Shown here piece by piece: positions 1 through 11,595 of a stretch of DNA of 64,000 nucleotides. Under the pieces are notes generated by a model that was not told the origin of the DNA, ran no database searches, and saw only the letters and a program-made list of their open reading frames with translations. Every line of letters starts with the position of its first letter. The stretch's first letter is position 1. Source of the stretch: Isurus oxyrinchus (Eukaryota); NCBI GenBank assembly GCA_026770705.1, contig JANJGN010000007.1, positions 109,554,001 to 109,618,000 of the forward strand, in the 5' to 3' direction. The translations under genes and the position numbers were made by a program.

Positions 1-244
1 CAAAAACATTTTCCAGGTGAAGCAGAGGTTTACGTGTATTAATTTCAATTCGATTTACGTGAACTTATTTTCATTTTTCCTGCTCACACCTTGAGTTTCT
101 CTACACTGGCGAGAACAAATGCAGACTGGGTGACCACTTTGCCGAATAGCTCCACTGCATGTGCAAGAATCACCCTGGTCTTCCAGTGGCTTGCCATTTT
201 AATTTTCACCTTGCTCTGACACTGACATCCCTGTCCTTGGCCTA
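1..244 (+). mobile_element. Decayed Penelope-like element, GIY-YIG endonuclease fragment
   Basis: Reads KNIFQVKQRFTC...LYTGENKCRLGDHFAE*LHCMCKNHPGLPVACHFN, collinear with the intact GIY-YIG ORF at 46106-46852. Interrupted at ~245 by a LINE. Confidence 0.8.
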
Positions 245-249
245 TTTTT

Positions 250-1090
250 TTCATATTCGTACATGGGATGTGGGCATCGCTAGCTAGGCCAGCATTTATT
301 GCCCATCCTTAATTGCCCTTGAGAAGGTGGTGGTGAGCTGCCTACTTGAACCAATGCAGCCCATGTGGTGTAGTTACATTCATGGTACTGTTAGGGAGTG
401 AGTTCCAGGATTTTGACCCCAGTGATAGTGATGAAACGGTGATATAATTCCAAATCAGGATGGTATGTGGCTTAGAAGTGAACTTTCAGGTTATGATGCA
501 TCCATGCATCTGGTGCCCTTGTCCTTCTAGATGCCAGTTCTCGTGGGTTTGGATGGTGCTGTCTTAGGAGCCTTGGTAAGCTCCTGCAGCGCATCTTGTA
601 GATGGTACACACTGCTGCCACTGCGCGTCAGTGTTAGGGGAGGTGGATATTTGTGGAGGTGAGCCAGAAAAGTGGCTGCTTTGCCCAGGATGATGTCAAG
701 CTTCTTGAGCGTTGTTGGAGCTGCACTCATTCAGGCAAGTGGAGAGCATTCCATCACAATCCTGACGTGTGCTTTGTAGATAGACAGCTTTTGGGAGTCA
801 GGAGGTGAGTTACTCGCCACAGGATTCTTAGCCTCCGACCTGCTCTTGTAGCCACAGTATTTATATAGCTAGTCCTGTTCAGTTTCTGGTCAATGGTTAC
901 CCCCAGTATGTTGATAGTGGGGGATTCAGGGATGATTATGCCAGTGAATGTCAAGGGGCAATGATTAGATTCCTTGTTGTTGGAGATGGTCATTCCCTGG
1001 CACTTGTGTGGTTTGAATGTTACGTGCTACCTGCCAGCCCAAGCTGGGATATTGCCCAAGTCTTGCTGCATTTGCACATGGACTGCTTCT
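250..1090 (-). mobile_element. 5'-truncated LINE, family B (CR1/L2-group RT C-terminus and 3' tail)
   Basis: ORFs 754-993 and 527-730 (PTINILGVTIDQKLN..., MSAAPTTLKKLD) match other copies in the window. The tail reads AAGGGCAATTAAGGATGGGCAATAAATGCTGGCC on the minus strand. Confidence 0.85.
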
Positions 1091-1124
1091 TTGCAATCCA
1101 TGTCGAAATGCAATGCCCCAATGT

Positions 1125-1630
1125 CTGCAGTGTACCAGTGAAGCTTAACACAAAATCAAAGAACAGCACATTATCCTTCGATTTGGCATATTACTGATCT
1201 TTGGACTGTGCTGGACAATTTCAGACTTAATCTCTGCCACCTCGCCTATTGTGTCTACTTTTATTTTCAAGTTTCATTTTAACCTCGTTCATCTCTTTTT
1301 TGCTTTGAGATGGCAACTGTTCATTTTTCTGTGAGTTGCACGTCCTCTGGGCCGTTCTTCTGTTTCTGTGCTTGTTCCATTATTGGGCCCTTCGGCTATT
1401 CCCACCAATTGTTTTATTATTTGATGTCTGCCCTATCACAGACCTTCCCGTTTATTTTATTCACACGCCCTCATCTCCCCACCCATGCCCCCCACCCTCA
1501 CCTTAAAGGCATGTCTAATTGTTTCCTCGTTTTGACGAAAGGTTACCACCTGAACCTTTAATTCTGCTTTTTCTCTCCACAGAGAGTGCAAGGCCTGCTG
1601 AGTATTATCAGCGGTTTCTCTTTCTATTAT
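1125..1630 (+). mobile_element. Decayed Penelope-like element 3' part (continuation of 1-244)
   Basis: QCTSEA*HKIKEQHIILRFG matches the GIY-YIG C-terminus (HCSSEAQRKLEEQHLVFRLG). It is followed by a pyrimidine-rich UTR and the decayed terminal motif ...GCCTGCTGAGTATTATCAGC. Confidence 0.7.
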
Positions 1631-1954
1631 AGCAAAGATAATTATTTTCAAATCTACATGGATGGGCAAAGCCGAGCAGTCCTCCAATTGACACTCTTAA
1701 GTTTGATACTTTACTAATAATCCACAGCTACTATGAATTTAGGATAACATAGAGTCATAGAGTTATACAGCACAGAAACAGGCCATTCGGCCTATCGTGT
1801 CTGTGCCGGCCATCAAGATGTGCTGGTGGTGTTTATACTTGTGTATATTTATATCTACTACCCACGTTAACATTTGAACCATCTTGTACATGACTCCAGA
1901 GAGCGTGTTCGCTAAGCAGCGGAGGTTTCTGACCTATCCTTTATTCTTTCATCG

Positions 1955-2149
1955 AAAGTAGAATACTGCGAATGTTGTGAATCCGAAATCCGAACAGAAG
2001 ATCTTGGAAAACATTCAACAGGTCAGGCAGATTCTGAAATGTGGACTACAGAGCTGATGAATGGTCATTGATCCAAAACCTTAAGCTTTATTTTTCTCCC
2101 CGCAGATGCTGCCTGACCTGCTTATAGTTTCCCACCACTTTTGATATTG
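1955..2149. mobile_element. Old ~195-bp fold-back Penelope-terminus insertion
   Basis: Inverted arms (CAGGTCAGGCAG vs ATGCTGCCTGACCTG) and CTGATGA at 2054-2060. Degenerate 14-bp flanking repeat TTATTCTTTCATCG (1941-1954) / TTATCCCTTCAACG (2150-2163). Confidence 0.65.
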
Positions 2150-2544
2150 TTATCCCTTCAACGCTGCAACCAGAAATACCTCTCCACCTCCTAATGTTTT
2201 TCAGTCACTGTTAATATGCTGAGCTACTTTTTCAACAATCTGGAAGCAGGTATTCTGTTTGGCAGTGCCTCTCATATGATATCCCGAAAAATGATACGTG
2301 CCTCTGCCCACTGGCCTCGAGATGGTTGAAGTTGGACTTTTTAATATTGCATTCTTTGCAAACTAGATCCTTGATGGCTTCCAACGTTTATTTCTAATGT
2401 GTAAGACACTGTGACAGGAACAAATTGAATTAGTGACATCCCTAACAAAATTGTAGGTTCTTGACAAATGTCCAAATCAAACAAAATTCTGTCACTGAGG
2501 CATAAATGTACAAATTTGTGCTTTGCTTTTCGAACCCTGAGAAT

Positions 2545-2890
2545 GGGGGACATGGTAGCGCAGTAGTAATGGACCAGCTATTCAGAGGCACCGGCTGATG
2601 CTTTGGGAAGATAGACTCAAATTTCACCCAGGGCAGCTTGTGGAATTTAAATTTAACATAATAATAGTGACCAAACAACTATAATCGATTGTTGTAAAAA
2701 TCAACCGACTTCACTAACTCCCTTTGGGAAGAAAATCTGCCGTCTTACCCAATCTGCCCTACATGTGACTCAGCAACGAGGTTCTTAACTGCCCTCTGAA
2801 ATGGCCAGGAAAGCCACTCAGTTCAAGGGCAATTAGGGATGAGAAGCAAATGTTTGTCTTGCCAATGATGCCCACATCCCATAAAATAAT
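2545..2890 (+). mobile_element. tRNA-headed SINE sharing both ends with LINE family B
   Basis: A-box-like TAGCGCAGTAG at 2556-2566 and decayed B-box at ~2614-2625. The body matches the LINE 5' leader (33667-33812), and the tail from 2824 matches the LINE-B 3' end. Confidence 0.8.
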
Positions 2891-4019
2891 TTTTAAATGT
2901 TATGTTTTAGAAATTTCTCCAGAACATAACAGGTTTCTGAACTGATGTTAACAATGTTAGATGACTGCACCACATGAAAAATTACACTGTTAGGGGTGTA
3001 ACCAATGTCACCGAATTGAAACTGTCCGTTGTCAAATAAATAAAACGTGCAGAGTTTCAGCAAGTCCTGAACTGACCCGAAGAATTTAGTTTCACAGGTG
3101 TCAACATTAGAAATTATTTGCAACTGAATTATTAACTTTCTTTTAAGTATGGATACAATGTTGGGGCGATTAAGCAACATGAGACTCATTCTGCACAGCT
3201 GTATTTCTATTTTAGTCAACAACATGCAGAACTATAATTTGGGAGCCAATGCGATCAGTGTGGCCATGCATGAATAAATTACATCTACTGCAGGGATTTA
3301 ACCGAATGTAACTGTACTGAAATTCTGTGTGGACCAATAAATAAAACACCAAGAAATACATTCAACAAATATTTCTGCGGCTTGCTTTGCGTTTAATGTG
3401 TGATACAAAAATGGAGACAATGAAGATATATAAGCATCTTAAAAAGGATAGATTAAGTAATGAGGGCTGAATCATTGGTGAGATAGAAATGTTACGAAGG
3501 TAAAATGAATTCTGTTAAATCTAAATATCGTGTTACAATTACTCTGAAACATGGTGTTTGGTGATCGCCGTCATTCAACATGCAACGAGGATGCAGCTGA
3601 CAGAGCTAATGTAAAACTTTGAACAATTAGTGCTTTGAACTGAGGAACTGAGCTTTGTTGTTTACTTAGCTCCAAAAAGCTATACGCATGTATCAATATT
3701 TAGCAAAACATCTCGGACATCTAAAATAGACTGGTTAACATCTTGTTTGGTATCTGATATCTTTTCCGAACCCAGCATGGCTAGAGCGCCCAAATGTTCA
3801 AATTTTACACTGCTGCGTTATGTTTGAATATTTAATTATCAAAACACCTACACTATGTTCACTTAAATTTAATCTCGAAGCCAATGAATTGTTATTAAGT
3901 GAGAAAATAGAATGTGAAATAGATTGCAACATAATGATAGGTAAACAGTTGTACATTTACTTGCATCACGCCAACCTTTTAACCTTCGGCATTAAACTAC
4001 TAACCCCGACAGAAACTTG

Positions 4020-4900
4020 AATTAGTCAAGCCTAGGCAGCAGAGATTTAGAAAAAGATAGATGGTGTTTGCCTTACAGAATTCACTGAAGAAATAACAGA
4101 GGGAATAAATCATGAAATATACTGGACGCAATTTATGCGGATTTTCCAAACACATTTATTCGAGTACCACGTACAATATGGGTACATGGCAGGAAGAGCA
4201 ATGCGCTCCAGCGGATACGGGGATGGTTAGAATAGGTGAACGAAAAGTTAAGGATAATAAGACGTTCCTCGGGATAGCAGCATTTGCCGAATCATGTTTT
4301 ACAGGTTCCGTCCTTGGCTGGTTTTATTTACTATGAAAATCAATTATATATTTTCCGGAAATTGAGGCAGGATCTTTAAAATTTGGATATGAAATATAAT
4401 GAGGAGTTGCAAAGCAATCCTCGTGAAATGCTACAGGCAGCGTTGGCAGTTCCAAGAGGGGTAGGATTTTTAGTGGTGCAGAGAAACATAAATTTATCAT
4501 GCAATAAAATTTCAAAGGGGTAGGCTCGGTTTAGTATTTGGCGGCATCGCATAGAGTAACACGGCGTTAAAATTCAGCGGATGCAGGAACTTGCGTGCAA
4601 CTTTGGAAGATTGCAAGATTTATTCTAAATTAAAGGGGCCACCTGAATGGCAAAAAAATGGAACTTTATTATTTGAGAACCCATTCGAGTTGATAGGATT
4701 GATCAGTGACTTGGTAGAAGATTTCAAACCTGTAATGCGTTATGATAAACGAATAGTGACAGAATAATTCTACTGTCCAGGAAAACAACGTTAACATAAT
4801 CGCAAAAAATGAAGGCGGCTGGGGAACAAAATATCTTTCCACACAAAAAAAAGATTTGGATGTTCTTTGCCACAAAACATTGCTGAATCGCAGCCAGGCT
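4020..4900 (+). mobile_element. Highly decayed CR1 reverse-transcriptase remnant
   Basis: TGCCTTACAGAATTCACTGAAGAAATAACAGAG...GCAATTTATGCGGATTTTCCAAAC aligns by eye to the CLTNL.EFFEEVT..DV.YMDF.KAFD region of the CR1 at 42640-42745. Confidence 0.55.
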
Positions 4901-5685
4901 TACTTCGGAAGCGAACTATTTGCTCGGGAAAAAAAGACCAGAACTAAGTGCTCCATGTCGAGGGTAGAGTCCAGACTACCAGAGCCGCCTGGCCTGAACC
5001 TCTACCTCTAGGATCCTAATGCTTGGTAACGCACAGAATCATCAAACCAGAATAGTTACAACAACACGGATTCACTTCTCCTTGTATTATCTTTAAATTT
5101 GGAGTTAAAGGCTTTGTCACTAGAATTGTTGGTCTGCCTTTCTTCCAATAACTAGCTGCACAAAATTCTAAGCCTGTAATTGAAGTGAAATACTCATCAT
5201 TGACATGATCATTTCTAGCTTTCCTTCTCAGATGAGGCAGCCACGCTAAAATAGGACTTAATCCCCAATAAAAAAGATTTTCAACTCTGCCACGATTTTT
5301 TTCCCCACAGCTTCAGTACTGTGTCCCGATTCATTACTTTCGCTGGTCGCAGAAGTCCTTAGAATTGCACTCGCTCTGAAGACAAACCCAAACAAGCACA
5401 ATTAAGGCCGTTCCTTTCACAAAGACTTCCAATTGTCCAGAAGTATCGTTACGAATGGAAATAGATAGTCATACGAAATTTAAGACATTTGCTCCTCCTG
5501 CTCTATCATGTGCAGGCCGTTGTACAGGGGCTTTTACGGACGAGCCCATAGATTGCAACGTCCAAATCAAAAGAATGGTCTGTTCTCGAAGTTAGAATAC
5601 TGTAACGCAACAGGCAAATCAAAGGCCAGGCTCTGCAGTTTTATCCGCAAAAATTAAGAATGCTTGATTGATAAAACCGGTATTT

Positions 5686-5691
5686 TTTATT
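5686..5691 (-). terminator. Candidate polyadenylation signal (AATAAA) for gene A
   Basis: TTTATT on the + strand, ~340 nt downstream of the candidate last coding exon. This motif is common in AT-rich DNA. Confidence 0.25.
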
Positions 5692-6024
5692 ACCTTTATG
5701 AATGATAACTGAATAGTTATCGTATCTATTCATTAAATACTACAGATTCGTCAAGCTACACAAGGAGGGTTTCTTTATTACAGGTAATCAAATAGAATTT
5801 CCACAAACGTTTAAGCAATAACAGACAATTACACTCTACATTCAACGATATAACACTGTCATGCGTTATTCTTTTCCAGCTATTATTTTTGATTTTCCAC
5901 ATTTTTCTTTTGGAGCTTGACAGTTCTGGAGTCGCCAGGATCCTTTTTTTGGTCTGAAAATTGATGTTCGGAAAGATTGTTAATTTGTGGTTTTCGCAGT
6001 TTTTTCTTTGTTTCTGCTCATTCT

Positions 6025-6047
6025 TCAGGAAACAAATCGCAGAGAGC
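6025..6047 (-). CDS. Gene A candidate terminal coding exon (GSLRFVS*)
   Basis: Acceptor ttgtacctcAG at 6048-6049. The phase-1 reading gives a 7-residue tail. An alternative acceptor at 7106-7107 is equally possible. Confidence 0.3.
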
Positions 6048-7482
6048 CTGAGGTACAAGTGACAGCCAAGTTTATATCACTCATTTTCACCCGAATATTA
6101 GTGCTCCTGTGGTGATCTTTGTCTGATACGCTTTTCAGCGCTGCCTGGGGGTGGTGGTGGGGGGTGGGGGGTTGGGGGCGGGGGGGGGGGGGCGGGGTGG
6201 TTGGGGGAGGGGGAGAGAGAGGAGGGGGGCAGGGCTTCTCCTGTTTAAGTATACATTTTTTGAGTTTACATGGCTCTGCTCAGCATATTAACGATTCCAA
6301 CCTGTGCTTTCTACATGGACCCAAAAAGAAATTCTGTTATGTGCCCATTTCATTACCCAACATCATTTTACATACTATTGGGGAAACATTAAATAGAGTG
6401 GCTAGATGTAAAGCACAGAAACCATAATGAATATTTTAATTGCATGCGAACCTGAAGGCCGGTAATTACTAGCCATTATAACTAATACTTACACATGTCA
6501 ATGTTCTTGCTCCGCAACAGTTGATCTTTTACATTTCCAGCTGTTCTAGAACACGGATTCGCTAGGCTTTTTATTTCCAAATATAAGCAAAACTAAAAGA
6601 ATGATTACCTAGTTAGCTTTAAATAAAACTGGCAGTTTTCTTTTCTGCTCTCTATCTCTTTGGACCAGTAACTCGATGAGGAGAGAAATTGGACTTCGGC
6701 GATAGCGCGATGAGGACAAGACCGAATCAGGAACCATTTTTCCACACGCCCGATTTTGTTTTCAGAAAACACCGATCTCCCGGTGTCAAGTGTTTTTCGT
6801 GGGGCAAATGCTCCTAACAATAAATTGTAACGATAAATTGTGCATTACGGCGATTTTTTTCCGCATTTCAATGCGATGCATGAATGAACGTACCGGCTCT
6901 TCACGGCGCTATGGCCCCTTTGACATTTTTATTGCTTGTGAATTACTGAAATTTAGTCATGAGGAGTGTTTAAAGCATTTACTTAGCTGGAATGTCAACT
7001 GTTTCAAAGACATTTCTAGAGTAGGTACAAAATAGAACATGTTTTTCCATTTCAGATTTCGTCGACAGCTTTTGAAATCCCAGCTCCTGTAGAGACCACA
7101 ATGATCTGAAAAAAATTCAAGGCTTCATGCAAACTAATTACGCTCTCACAACAGATCAGTTGGAAACTGTGTGTTAGGACTCACTTCACACTACATTTGG
7201 AGTGTGAAATGTGAAGGGCACACTTCATTCATTGCAACTTTATTGGAAAGTGGAAATTTGAGTTGCAGGTATACAGTTAATCAGATCCATTTGTGATATG
7301 ATTTTACGATAATGACTGTGTTTTGAAGTGAAGAATTTATTGCTGTTTGGAGAAATCAGTGGCCCGTTGGAAACAGAAAATATTGACTTCAATAGAATCC
7401 TCCTTCCCTGGAAACTCTCGCGCCAGCTCCGTCCGCTAGCTGACGTTTTGCATTAAAATCAAACGCTTACATTAGACCTTAC

Positions 7483-7596
7483 CGTTCTTAATATGTATTT
7501 TGCAGTGCGGCCCAGCGATGATCAGGAGCAGTACAAACGCCAATCCACCCACCATGTATCTGAAACACGAGTAGTAAACAGACATACCGACATTAT
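7483..7596 (-). CDS. Gene A exon 4: transmembrane segment with Arg
   Basis: ttttgcAG acceptor, G|GTAAGG donor, 114 nt, phase 1-1. Translates DNVGMSVYYSCFRYMVGGLAFVLLLIIAGPHCKIHIKN. Confidence 0.8.
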
Positions 7597-7729
7597 CTGC
7601 AAAATTAATATGAGCATATGTATAGGTTATACATCATGGTGGGCATTTTGTAAAACGGGGCCGAAGAGCAGTTTATTGGTTAAACTAATAGTGTTTACAG
7701 TAGCCCCACTATATAGTACGGAAATATGT

Positions 7730-8030
7730 TGTTTTTTGCATAAAGGAGATCGACTGATTGCTTTCCCTGGCTGGAAGTCTAGAACTGCGGATCAAAGTCA
7801 CAAGGGTTCGGCCATTTCTTCATTCAAGGGTTCTGAATCTTAGGCATTCTCTACCCCAGAGGGTAATAAATGAAGAGTCCCTGAGTATACTCAAGACTCC
7901 AATCGGTAGACATGGGGATGGGACTGGAAAATAAAGTTGCTGCAGAAAGTCAGGAATGATCTAATTGAATGGCCATAAAGGTTCGGCTAGCCTTATGGCA
8001 AACCCCTGATCCTATTTCGTATGTTTTTTT
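7730..8030 (+). mobile_element. Decayed CR1 3' end in a gene A intron
   Basis: Resembles the CR1 3' end at 49130-49475 (TCTAGAACT...GAATCT..CATTCTCTACCCCAGAGGG...AATTGAATGGC...CCTATTTC.TATG). Confidence 0.6.
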
Positions 8031-8267
8031 TATATTTATATATGCAATCGTAGAATCCGTTAATAAATAAGGCTTAACTGAGAATATTGGTGCGGCGGAT
8101 GATATAACCCGGTTTTACAAAACATCCGGTTGAATTGATCATTTAAATCTAAAGTTTCCCTTGATATTTCCCATGAGATTTCTGTGAACTATCTTCAAAC
8201 TGTACATGATATCTCTTTACGAATTCAATAGTTGTTTACTCTTCTTTTTGGATTCCAGTCGTCGTAC

Positions 8268-8579
8268 CTTGCTGAGGTTTAGAAACAGTGTAGGTGATAA
8301 CAGCTGGAGTCTTGAGAGAAACATGAGATACCGAACATATGTAATTGGCGTAGCTCGGGACAGGTTTCGTCTCAATCAAAGAGCTGGAAACTTCATATAG
8401 CCCCCCGCTGTTCTGCACTTTACTGGTATGTATGCCGAAAGCAGTCTCAATGCCATTTTTATACCAAGTGAGGGTGAAATTGTCTGGATAAAACGCAGCC
8501 GTTTCACAGACTAGAGTCAGAGACGCAGATGAATTCCATTCAGATATCCTGGAGACAATCCTCAGTGGGGTTGGGGCAG
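8268..8579 (-). CDS. Gene A exon 3: Ig C1-set domain
   Basis: tctctgtcccgcAG acceptor, G|GTACGA donor, 312 nt open, phase 1-1. Translates AAPTPLRIVSRISEWNSSASLTLVCETAAFYPDNFTLTWYKNGIETAFGIHTSKVQNSGGLYEVSSSLIETKPVPSYANYICSVSHVSLKTPAVITYTVSKPQQ, with C1 hallmarks C-x4-FYP, W and Y-x-C-x-V-x-H. Confidence 0.92.
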
Positions 8580-9546
8580 CTGCGGGACAGAGAATGAACA
8601 GCGTCGAGTTACTGTGCGCTATTGGGAGGAATTAAATATGTTTCTGATTTATGTTCAGTCCATTTTCTTATAAACTTCCCTTTCGAAAGCACAGCTCCTG
8701 TCCTTTTAATGTTACACATATTCTATACACACCTCATCTATATCTCTCATAAAGATCGACATCTCGGCAATTTTATCTGTGCTATTAATGCCAACGCTTT
8801 GAATTATTCGGCAGAAAAGTCGGAATGATTTGGTTGTCATAGTCCAAAGAATTAAGCAAAAATATCCTGGGAGCAAGTTGGCTAGCTGACTCCTTACGTG
8901 TTTGATACGCACAGACAGTGACGAACAATAGACACAATCTTGATAAAATGAAGCGCTTAATCGGTACGGGAATAACTCACAGCTGAAGCATAACAACTGG
9001 TAAAATGCATCAGATTCAGTTGACCCTCAGTAGGTTTCAGCAACACAGACACTTTTTAGACGTTAGTGAGGCGAATTGGGTGCTTGGAACTCCAATTTGT
9101 TGAATGAATCACCTTCTCAACAATTAGCTGCACACTGGCATTCAAATCTGCAACGCGATCATTATGCGAGATTTAATTTCAGGAATATTAAACCGCCAGG
9201 GCAGCGATAGGGGCAGAGATTGGATCAAGAATGAGCAAGAACAATATACATATTGGGAGACACGTATTAACATAAAGGGTTTTCATTCAGTTATATTCTT
9301 GGAAGCTGTTCCGACTTCCTAATATCATTAATTTGGTGTGTAGATTGCCATTATAGTTGCAGTCTAATTCATTAATATTGATTCATTTGGCAGTACTCTA
9401 CGTGTGACATTGCAGGTCTAAATACCAATTCTATATAGGGAACATTATCGCGTGTAGAAGTAGGCGTGTTTACACTGGCCAAAACGGTGCGATAAAACAG
9501 TATGAAACGATCCCGGTGTGTTATGTTCAACGTATTTGAAACTTAC

Positions 9547-9864
9547 CGTGGACAATTAGATGTGATCCTGTCCCATTTCCTCGAATTACTCCCCGATGGT
9601 TCACGGAGCAGTGATAGATTCCAGAGTCTTGGAATGTGGCGTCCAGTAACTGAAAGAAACCGCTCACTTTACTTGCCATACCAAACGTTCTCTTGTCTGG
9701 GCTTTTGTGCAGGTATTCATTCACACCATGTTTCCACCATAAGACCCGTACCCAGGCTTGGTCTTGAAGAATGGGGAATACACAGTAGAATGTGATGTTC
9801 CCACCTCTGAGCACCGTCGCTTTTTGTGGTGCTTGAGACACACTGATCGAAGTTTGGCCCTCAG
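9547..9864 (-). CDS. Gene A exon 2: Ig V-set domain with germline J-like G-strand (NKp30/SIRP/VJC1-like)
   Basis: tttttatgacAG acceptor, G|GTAAGT donor, 318 nt, phase 1-1. Contains the B-strand Cys (TFYC), C-strand WW, D-x-G-x-Y-x-C (DSGIYHC) and the diglycine bulge GNGTG. Confidence 0.93.
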
Positions 9865-10035
9865 CTGTCATAAAAATATAGTCAAATACAGGTTAAAAGC
9901 ATTAGCTAAGGCATGAAGGTGGAAGGGGGAAAACATAATCTGGATAGAGGAAATACGGTTCGTTAAATTAATATGAAAACTATTTCGGAGGCAGTTTATG
10001 AATTAGAGTAACTGGGCAAATGAATAAACTGGTAC

Positions 10036-10090
10036 CTGCGTGAAAACTCCCTCGGAAGATCAGGCACAGAAAAACCATATTCGTTGTCAT
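10036..10090 (-). CDS. Gene A exon 1: leader peptide
   Basis: ATG at 10090, MTTNMVFLCLIFRGSFHA, then GCA G|GTACCA phase-1 donor. A 171-nt intron leads to the V exon, the typical IgSF leader layout. Confidence 0.75.
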
Positions 10091-10158
10091 TCTTAAAAAC
10101 GGATCCAACTGTCAACTCTTCGCAGTAGCTGCCAGTTTGAGACTTGCTCGGAGCAGTT

Positions 10159-10166
10159 TGTGGTTT
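10159..10166 (+). promoter_or_regulatory. RUNX-consensus site in the putative gene A proximal promoter
   Basis: TGTGGTTT ~70 bp upstream of the ATG. Motif match only. Confidence 0.25.
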
Positions 10167-11072
10167 GTTCTCTATATGTCACGTCGCAATGATGCTTGAG
10201 GTCCTCTAACTGCGGGTTCAGAAATTATGCTTCGTTCGCACATCTGGAATTTCTAACTTCGGCATTCATTCGATTGCTGAAATCACGGACAGCAAAAGAA
10301 AGGGAAAATGTTTGATTTTCATGGGCAGAATTTACTAATACTCAGTATTGTTTCCTGACAAGTTGCTGTAGTCTTAGCATATCGGATAACGGGAGAAGCG
10401 TGGGAGAACGGTAATTTGGTTGACTTGAGCAAAGTTTACAGAAAGGTTGAGAACGAGAAAAAGAGATTGCGCACCATGGTCGCGGTAAAAGATACTATAA
10501 CTTATGGCAAAGGAACTTAAAACATTTACGACATAGAAGCAGGCCATTCACCGTATTTGTGCCGGCCGAAAATGAGCAATACAGCCTAAGCTCACTTTCA
10601 AACTCTTGTTCCGTAGCCTGGTAGGTCACATTGCTTTAAATGTATATCCAAGTATTGTTTTAACTGAGATTAGGGTTTTTGCATCCATCACCCTTCCGGG
10701 CAGTGCCAATTACTTTAAATCTATATCCCTTGCTTATTAATTTCTCTGTTAAGGGAGATAGGTCCTTCCTATACACTTGATCAAGGTTTCTCATAATTTT
10801 ACACGCCTCAATTAAAACTTACCTCAGCCTCATCTGTTACAAAGAAAACAAATCCAGCCTGTTGTTTGTCAAAGCTAAAAGTCTCAATTCCTGCAAACCT
10901 TCTCTGAACCTCCTTTGTATCCTCTCTATTTTGATAGCATGCTTGCCGCACAATCAGACCAAGAGTTTTGACCTAACTAGTGTTTAGTACAGTTCCAATA
11001 TGACCTCCCTGTCCTTATATTCTCTGCCTGGCCTAATAAAGAAAAGTATCCCATATGCCTTATTGACCTAAG

Positions 11073-11595
11073 TTAAAAGCAAAAAACTGCGGATGCTGGA
11101 AATCCAAAACAAAAACAAAAATAACTGGAAAAACTCAGCAGGTCTGACAGCATCTGGGGAGAGCAACACAGTTAACGTTTAGAGTCCGTATGATATTCAA
11201 CAGAACTAAGGAAAAATAGAAAAGGGTTGAAATATAAACTGATTTAAGTGGGGGTGGGACAGGTAGAGCTGCATAGAGGGCCAGGGATAGGTAGAGATAA
11301 CCAAAAGATGTCATAGACAAAAGGACAAAGAGGTGTTGAAGGTGGTGATCTTATCTAAGGAATGTGATAATAGGTGACATTAAGGGTAGAAAGCAGGACG
11401 AACAAGGTACAGAGAGCCCTAGTGGGGGTGGGTTGGGGGGAAGGGTTTAAAATAGGCTAAAAGTTAGAGATAAAACAATGGATGGAAATACATTTAAAAA
11501 TAATGGAAATGGGTGGGAAAAGAAAAATCTATATAAATTATTGGAAAAAAGAGGGATCGGAAAGGGGGTGGGGATGGATGAGAGATTTTGTGAGA
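11073..11595 (-). mobile_element. Penelope-like element 3' UTR/terminus, single arm
   Basis: AAAAAACTGCGGATGCTGGAAATCCAAAACAAAAAC...GGAAAAACTCAGCAGGTCTG, with UTR blocks shared with 44503-44995. Confidence 0.85.

Noticed and set aside
2893-3400. 110-aa minus ORF and a nearby sequence resembling a frameshifted hAT IHCMAH motif
   Set aside because: Needs two indels to read the motif, and no other hAT motifs or termini were found.
5297-5405. Plus-strand acceptor-like TTTTTTCCCCACAG followed by a short open frame
   Set aside because: No recognisable product and no upstream partner exon.
6146-6230. G-rich tract with G-quadruplex potential (similar tracts at ~17250, 21915, 24300, 44075)
   Set aside because: Poly-G/C runs are scattered through the window and are error-prone in assemblies. 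There is no evidence of function.
9781-9788. CACAGTAG as a possible recombination-signal heptamer
   Set aside because: Imperfect, lies inside the V coding exon at the first Cys codon, and has no spaced nonamer.
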